From: an uncultured Actinomycetes bacterium
Lineage (GTDB): Bacteria > Actinomycetota > Acidimicrobiia > Acidimicrobiales > RAAP-2
Assembly: GCA_903826715.1 (NCBI GenBank)
Contig: CAIKFN010000037.1
Coordinates: 1 to 41,832 of the forward strand
Length of the DNA stretch: 41,832 nt
Direction of reading: 5' to 3'
The notes under the pieces are model-generated. The model ran no database searches, was not told the origin of the DNA, and saw only the letters and a program-made list of their open reading frames with translations. Below are positions 37,167-41,832 of this stretch, in pieces. The position numbers were made by a program, and so were the translations under genes. Numbering within the stretch: position 1 is the first letter of the stretch; each line of letters starts with the position of its first letter.

Positions 37167-38040
37167 TTACAAGTGGAACGCTGGGACACTCTTGCGAACA
37201 TTTCGCAAGAGTGTCCCAGTCCTTCCTTTTCTGATGTATGTATTTTTTGTATTAGGTTTGCCAACAATTGTTATTACCGCATTGGCATTTAAGTCGGGCA
37301 ATGGTCATTACACATTCTCAAACATCAAAGTGATTTTGAGCGGCGGTCAATACCGCGCTGGATTTGAAAACAGCTTGAAACTTGGCGTTGTGACCGCAAT
37401 CATTCCTGGAATTATTGGAACACTTATCGCATATGCAATTGCATCATCAAAAAGTGGAGCACTTAAAAGGATTGTCGCCACAGCATCAGGTGTGCTTGCG
37501 AACTTTGGTGGAGTAAATCTTGCGTTTATGTTTGTAGCAACATTTGGAGCGGTAGGTCTTGCAACGACTTGGCTAAATGCGATTGGTCTTGACCCATGGA
37601 ACTACGGTTTTAATATTTATAAGCTCTGGGGAGTGGCATTTGTCTACATGTATTTCCAGATTCCACTTATGGTGCTTGTAGTAACTCCTGCTCTCAATGG
37701 ACTTCGACCTTCGTGGCGAGAAGCGGCTGAGGGGTTAGGAGCGTCACCCTGGCAATACTGGCGTCGAGTTGGAATCCCTGTGCTACTGCCTTCAGTGCTT
37801 GGATGCATGTTCCTCTTATTCGCAGGTGGTTTTTCTGCGTACGCGACAACCGAGGCACTAACTGGAGGGACAGTTGCTCTGACCCCAATTCAAATTGGCG
37901 CATACCTCAACGGAAATGTCATAGCGACTGAGCAAAACGTAGGTTATGCACTTGGATTTTCTATGATTATTGTTCTACTCATTGCAGTAATTGGCTATTC
38001 ACTCTTGTTAAAGCGATCGTCAAAATGGCTACAGCTGTGA
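37129..38040 (+). CDS. ABC transporter permease (PotB-like)
   Basis: Six TM segments, YFQIPLM and EAA loop WREAAEGLGAS. The start is uncertain (TTG 37129 or ATG 37144). Confidence 0.88.
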   Translation: MSSPRMIDAGGVGYKWNAGTLLRTFRKSVPVLPFLMYVFFVLGLPTIVITALAFKSGNGHYTFSNIKVILSGGQYRAGFENSLKLGVVTAIIPGIIGTLIAYAIASSKSGALKRIVATASGVLANFGGVNLAFMFVATFGAVGLATTWLNAIGLDPWNYGFNIYKLWGVAFVYMYFQIPLMVLVVTPALNGLRPSWREAAEGLGASPWQYWRRVGIPVLLPSVLGCMFLLFAGGFSAYATTEALTGGTVALTPIQIGAYLNGNVIATEQNVGYALGFSMIIVLLIAVIGYSLLLKRSSKWLQL

Positions 38041-38810
38041 GAAGACTAAAGCCAGGTCGTGCAGTGCTTCTGCTGCTCTCACTGATTTATTTTGTGCTCC
38101 CTATCTATGCCTCACTGCAATTTTCTTTAGAAAACGTTCAAGGGGGCTTCACATGGAGTGCCATTAGGGCAATTCCAAGCCAACCAGGCCTAGCTGGTTC
38201 TGTCTGGCTATCTACGCGCATAGGAATAGTGACCATGATTATCTTGATGCTGCTCGTAGTTCCAACGGTAATTTACGTTCACTTACGACTGCCTGGGATG
38301 AAGCGGACCATGGAAATTATTACACTTCTTCCAATCGTCATTCCTCCGATTGTTCTTATTCTGGGCGTGCTTGATGCAACCCCGCTAGGGCTGAAGGCGT
38401 CACCATATCTACTTTCCCTGGTGTATGTAGTTTTAGCTCTGCCATTTGTGTATCGCTCACTCGCTGCCGGACTTGATGCGCTTGATTTGCGCACCTTAGA
38501 AGAAGCAGCAAAGTCCCTTGGATCAGGAGCGCTACGAACAATTCGTTTTGTCATTCTTCCTAATTTGAGAAGTTCCCTACTTTCTGCGGTTGTGCTTTCT
38601 CTAGCTCTCGTGTTAGGTGAGTTCACAATGGCGAGCTTGGATCTTTGGCAGACACTTCCCGTGTGGATTGTGAACTTCTCGGGGAGTGACCCACATATTT
38701 CAACGGCGGTCGCCATGCTCTCACTTCTTGGAACTTGGGCACTTCTCGCCCTGGTTGTTTTCCTTGACCGCTCTCACTCACGCCGCTTAAGAAAAGGACT
38801 TGTTCAATGA
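38025..38810 (+). CDS. ABC transporter permease (PotC-like)
   Basis: LP.VIPPIV, LPFVYR, EEAAKSLG and LGEFT. Confidence 0.88.
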   Translation: MATAVRRLKPGRAVLLLLSLIYFVLPIYASLQFSLENVQGGFTWSAIRAIPSQPGLAGSVWLSTRIGIVTMIILMLLVVPTVIYVHLRLPGMKRTMEIITLLPIVIPPIVLILGVLDATPLGLKASPYLLSLVYVVLALPFVYRSLAAGLDALDLRTLEEAAKSLGSGALRTIRFVILPNLRSSLLSAVVLSLALVLGEFTMASLDLWQTLPVWIVNFSGSDPHISTAVAMLSLLGTWALLALVVFLDRSHSRRLRKGLVQ

Positions 38811-39865
38811 CAGATGCATTACGCGAAGGAACCGGCGTTCACCTCGACGGACTTGTTTGCCGCTTCGGCATGACCACCGCACTCGACGGTTTTTCACTAG
38901 ACGTAGCACCAGGAGAATTTGTGGCGCTTCTAGGTCCATCGGGGTGCGGGAAAACAACAGCGCTACGAACACTGGCTGGATTCGAAACCCCCGCCGAAGG
39001 TCGAGTGTATGTAGGGGGAGTGGACATAACTTCTACTGCAGCGCAGAAACGCGATATGGGAATGGTTTTTCAAAGTTACTCACTATTTCCGAACATGAGT
39101 GCGATCGACAATGTAGCTTTTGGTCTGCAACTTCGACGAGTAAACGGCACTGACCGAAAGAGGCGTGCGGGAGAGCTATTAGAACTCGTTGGTCTTAGCT
39201 CACACGCAACAAAGTATCCTCACCAGCTCTCTGGCGGCCAGCAACAGCGCGTAGCTCTTGCTAGGGCGATTGCTATTGAGCCCCAAGTTTTATTGCTTGA
39301 TGAGCCACTTTCAGCATTAGACGCAAAAGTCCGCGCAGAGCTTCGAGACGAAATTCGCTTTCTTCAGCGCCGCCTGAACATCACGACGTTATTTGTAACC
39401 CACGACCAAGAAGAAGCACTCTCCATGGCTGATCGTGTTTGTGTCATGTCCAATGGAAAAGCGGAGCAGATCGCTGCTCCCGCTACGTTGTATTCGCGAC
39501 CTAGTACTGCATTCGTGGCCGAGTTTGTTGGTGTGACGAGTCGGATTAAGGCAAGTCGTAGCGGAGAGCAAGTAGTTGTCTTTGACAAAAGTATCAAGAT
39601 TCGCGATGATGCTGGTATCTCGTCAGTAAACGATGTGGATGTTCTTCTTCGCCCCGAAGACATCAGTGTTACTGCGAGCTCCACTGGGCTTGGAATCGTC
39701 ACTCACACTAGCTTTCGCGGTGCTGACACCCGACTCGAAGTTGGAGTTGGTGGCGATACCGTTCGAGTTGACATTTCAAGCTCAATCTCTACTCAGTTTC
39801 CAGTCGGAGAACGAGTGAACCTTGAAGTCACTGCAAAAGACGTGCTGGTTAGCGCACGTCGCTAA
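38807..39865 (+). CDS. ABC transporter ATP-binding protein (PotA-like, TOBE C-terminus)
   Basis: GPSGCGKT, VFQSYSLFP, LSGGQQQR, LLLDEPLSALD and VTHDQEEA. Confidence 0.93.
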   Translation: MTDALREGTGVHLDGLVCRFGMTTALDGFSLDVAPGEFVALLGPSGCGKTTALRTLAGFETPAEGRVYVGGVDITSTAAQKRDMGMVFQSYSLFPNMSAIDNVAFGLQLRRVNGTDRKRRAGELLELVGLSSHATKYPHQLSGGQQQRVALARAIAIEPQVLLLDEPLSALDAKVRAELRDEIRFLQRRLNITTLFVTHDQEEALSMADRVCVMSNGKAEQIAAPATLYSRPSTAFVAEFVGVTSRIKASRSGEQVVVFDKSIKIRDDAGISSVNDVDVLLRPEDISVTASSTGLGIVTHTSFRGADTRLEVGVGGDTVRVDISSSISTQFPVGERVNLEVTAKDVLVSARR

Positions 39866-39869
39866 TTAT

Positions 39870-41654
39870 CTACAGCTCCGTCATTCCGCCACCAAGCAGT
39901 GCTGGTAGTGCACTTGAGCGCATTCGCTTAAGCATTCTGTGAGTAACTGTTGCAGCAGCAGGGTGAATACCACCGTTTGCACGAACCTGATCTTGCCAAG
40001 CCTTCGTGCGCTTCTTTAGTACTTTCCCAGAATTAAGTTCCAGGCAGTCGAGTCGGTCGTTATTTACGTCAACGATGATTGAGTCACCGTTCTCTACAAG
40101 TGCAATAGGACCACCAAGCAACGCCTCTGGGGCTACGTGACCAATTACGAGACCAACAGACCCACCAGAGAAGCGCGCGTCGGTCATAAGGGCAATGGTG
40201 ATTCCCTTTTTGCGACAAAGAGAAGTGATCTTTGAAGTGGGGTCGAGCATCTCGGGCATTCCTGGAGCGCCACGTGGGCCTTCGTAGCGAATAACGACCA
40301 TGTCGTTGTCTGAGAAGTCATCGGGGTGTTCATCAAGCGCTTTGATGAGAGAACGTTCCCCGTTAAATACTCGAGCTTTACCGGTGAAGATTCCGTCAAC
40401 GATGCCACTTTCAACACCAGCGAGCTTCAAAATGGCTCCACCCTCTGGTGCGAGGTTTCCACGAAGTAGTCGTAGGCCACCAGTATTTTTGAATGGTTTT
40501 GCAACAGAGAAAATCACTTCATGGTCAGCAGCTGGAGGATTAAGTCGAGTGACTTGTTCTGAAAGAGTTTCTCCAGTGCAAGTGAGCGTGCTGCCGTCTA
40601 GGAATCCAGCCTTAAGAAGTTCATTAACAACTGTAGGAAGACCACCTGATGCATCAACGTCAACCATTGAGTATTCACCGAAGGGACGCATGTTGACAAT
40701 CACTGGGAGTTTGTGGGACAGCTCATTGAATTCGTCTTGGCTTATGACGTCTTTCCAAAGATTGAGTCCAGCGGCACGAGCAATTTCCACGCTGTGAAGC
40801 ATCACGTTGGTTGATCCACCCATTGCCATTGAAACAATTAGTGCGTTGCGAAGTGATTTCGCCGTAACAATGTCGCGAGGTCGAATGTTGCGACTGGTCA
40901 TCTTTACGAGACAGTCAACGAGTTCTTCTGGGAACTGATTAATACGACGTGGGTCATCTGATGAAGGCGCAATCATGTGCAGTGGTTCTAGGCCAACAAC
41001 ACCAATGAAGGTCTGCATGGTGTTGTAGGTAAACATTCCGCCGCAACTGCCTTGTCCCGGACATGCGTTGAGTGTTACTTCGGTGCGGGCCTCCTCGTCT
41101 GTGTCAGTTGCGAACTGGAATGCCGTGACGAGGTCAATTCGTTCGCCGGTGCTTGGACGGATACCAGGCTTAATAGATCCGTCAGAAAGAATTACTGATG
41201 GAACGTTGTGCTCGAGAATCGCCGCAACTGTCCCAACTGGTGGTTTGTCACAAGCAACAACTGCAATAAAACCTTCGACCTGATTTGCTGCGAGGTGTGC
41301 TGAAGCTGAATCGTTTACGAGCTCTCGACCAATGAGTGAAAAACGCATCTGGGGAGTCCCGTTAAGTTGTCCGTCAGAAACTCCAACAGTGAATGCGGGG
41401 GAGATGAGTCTGTTCCCACTGGCGTTGCTTGCAATGCGCTTTGACATTGCTTCTTGGACTGCGGTGACTTTGTGCTGAACACCGAGGTAGCACTGGCTGT
41501 CGCCGAGGTTTCCAAGTACCGCCCAGACTGGGCCATAAATGTTTGAGACGTCTTCACCAAGGTATTTAGCTGTCCCGACACGCTGGACATCACGGCCAGG
41601 GTTAGCTGCTCCACGAACGCTTACATTTGTTGCTGATTCTTGGTGTTCGGCCAT
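39870..41654 (-). CDS. ilvD: Dihydroxy-acid dehydratase (IlvD/Edd family)
   Basis: VSDG, SL..RE, ACDK, CPG.GSCGGMFT.NTM, GGSTN..LH, GNLAPEG, RYEGP.G.PGMPEM, TDARFSGG and GHVAPE. Confidence 0.85.
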   Translation of the reverse strand: MAEHQESATNVSVRGAANPGRDVQRVGTAKYLGEDVSNIYGPVWAVLGNLGDSQCYLGVQHKVTAVQEAMSKRIASNASGNRLISPAFTVGVSDGQLNGTPQMRFSLIGRELVNDSASAHLAANQVEGFIAVVACDKPPVGTVAAILEHNVPSVILSDGSIKPGIRPSTGERIDLVTAFQFATDTDEEARTEVTLNACPGQGSCGGMFTYNTMQTFIGVVGLEPLHMIAPSSDDPRRINQFPEELVDCLVKMTSRNIRPRDIVTAKSLRNALIVSMAMGGSTNVMLHSVEIARAAGLNLWKDVISQDEFNELSHKLPVIVNMRPFGEYSMVDVDASGGLPTVVNELLKAGFLDGSTLTCTGETLSEQVTRLNPPAADHEVIFSVAKPFKNTGGLRLLRGNLAPEGGAILKLAGVESGIVDGIFTGKARVFNGERSLIKALDEHPDDFSDNDMVVIRYEGPRGAPGMPEMLDPTSKITSLCRKKGITIALMTDARFSGGSVGLVIGHVAPEALLGGPIALVENGDSIIVDVNNDRLDCLELNSGKVLKKRTKAWQDQVRANGGIHPAAATVTHRMLKRMRSSALPALLGGGMTEL

Positions 41655-41721
41655 TTGATAAGTCTAACGACGTGCAAAGTGGCCTTTTTGGTCCTTCTAG
41701 GAAAAGACAAGGAAATTTCTC

Positions 41722-41750
41722 TTGCCACGAGGCTCTGGCTGTGGCAAGAT
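41722..41750 (+). promoter_or_regulatory. Sigma70-type promoter for the leader-peptide transcript
   Basis: TTGCCA (41722-41727) - 17 nt - CAAGAT (41745-41750), preceded by TGG. The ATG follows after 6 nt (leaderless). Confidence 0.6.
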
Positions 41751-41756
41751 TGATGT

Positions 41757-41795
41757 ATGACTTCTATTTTCGTGCTCGTGGTGGTGACAGGCTGA
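41757..41795 (+). CDS. Branched-chain amino acid attenuator leader peptide MTSIFVLVVVTG (ilvB-type)
   Basis: 12 codons with Ile, Leu and four Val (GTG CTC GTG GTG GTG). It is followed by overlapping alternative hairpins and is divergent from ilvD. Confidence 0.75.
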   Translation: MTSIFVLVVVTG

Positions 41796-41831
41796 TCAGC
41801 CGGTAATCACGCGTCTACGCAGATAACCGGC
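41784..41831 (+). promoter_or_regulatory. Attenuator RNA structure (truncated by the window end)
   Basis: The GGCTGATCAGCC palindrome (41790-41801), flanked by GTGA/TCAC, competes with GCCGGTAATC (41799-41808):GATAACCGGC (41822-41831). Confidence 0.6.
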
Positions 41832-41832
41832 C

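Noticed and set aside
76-41614. Many 60-165 aa ORFs antisense to or nested in the main genes (e.g. 2867-3337, 21090-21581, 34360-34851, 40300-40797)
   Set aside because: They are shadow frames of well-supported genes, with no motifs or independent start signals.
1-41832. Mobile elements, prophage, CRISPR arrays, rRNA/tRNA, defence systems
   Set aside because: I saw no transposase, integrase, phage or cas ORFs and no regularly spaced repeats. All intergenic gaps are about 240 bp or less, with no cloverleaf visible by eye.

Overview
This is a gene-dense bacterial chromosome segment, most likely from an actinobacterium of roughly 50% GC (probably a freshwater Acidimicrobiia-like lineage; the taxonomy is inferred from protein style, leaderless starts and synteny). 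Housekeeping anchors are gatC-gatA-gatB (4801-7945) on the left, and a divergent ilvD plus an Ile/Leu/Val-rich attenuator leader peptide (41757-41795) on the right. About 32 kb of nutrient-scavenging modules lie between them, with no mobility genes. (1) A guanidino/amide module: NCS1 permease, ureohydrolase, amidase and cyclase. (2) A GntR-associated cluster: CoA-transferase III, ATP-dependent hydantoinase/oxoprolinase A+B, a maleamate-amidase-like enzyme, LeuCD, an HMG-CoA-lyase-like enzyme, a 2-hydroxyacid dehydrogenase and a sugar-type ABC importer. It reads as an uncharacterised cyclic imide/lactam -> alkylmaleate -> (R)-alkylmalyl-CoA catabolic route. (3) A secreted PHM/DBH-type copper monooxygenase with all copper ligands intact. 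(4) A phnY-phnZ-phosphonate monoester hydrolase operon followed by an ABC transporter with PHO-box-like repeats, suggesting scavenging of phosphonate esters. Non-coding candidates include a possible two-state RNA switch ahead of the first NCS1 permease, GntR operators and many leaderless promoters. I saw no rRNA, tRNA, CRISPR or IS elements. All assignments come from recognising motifs by eye; no searches were run.
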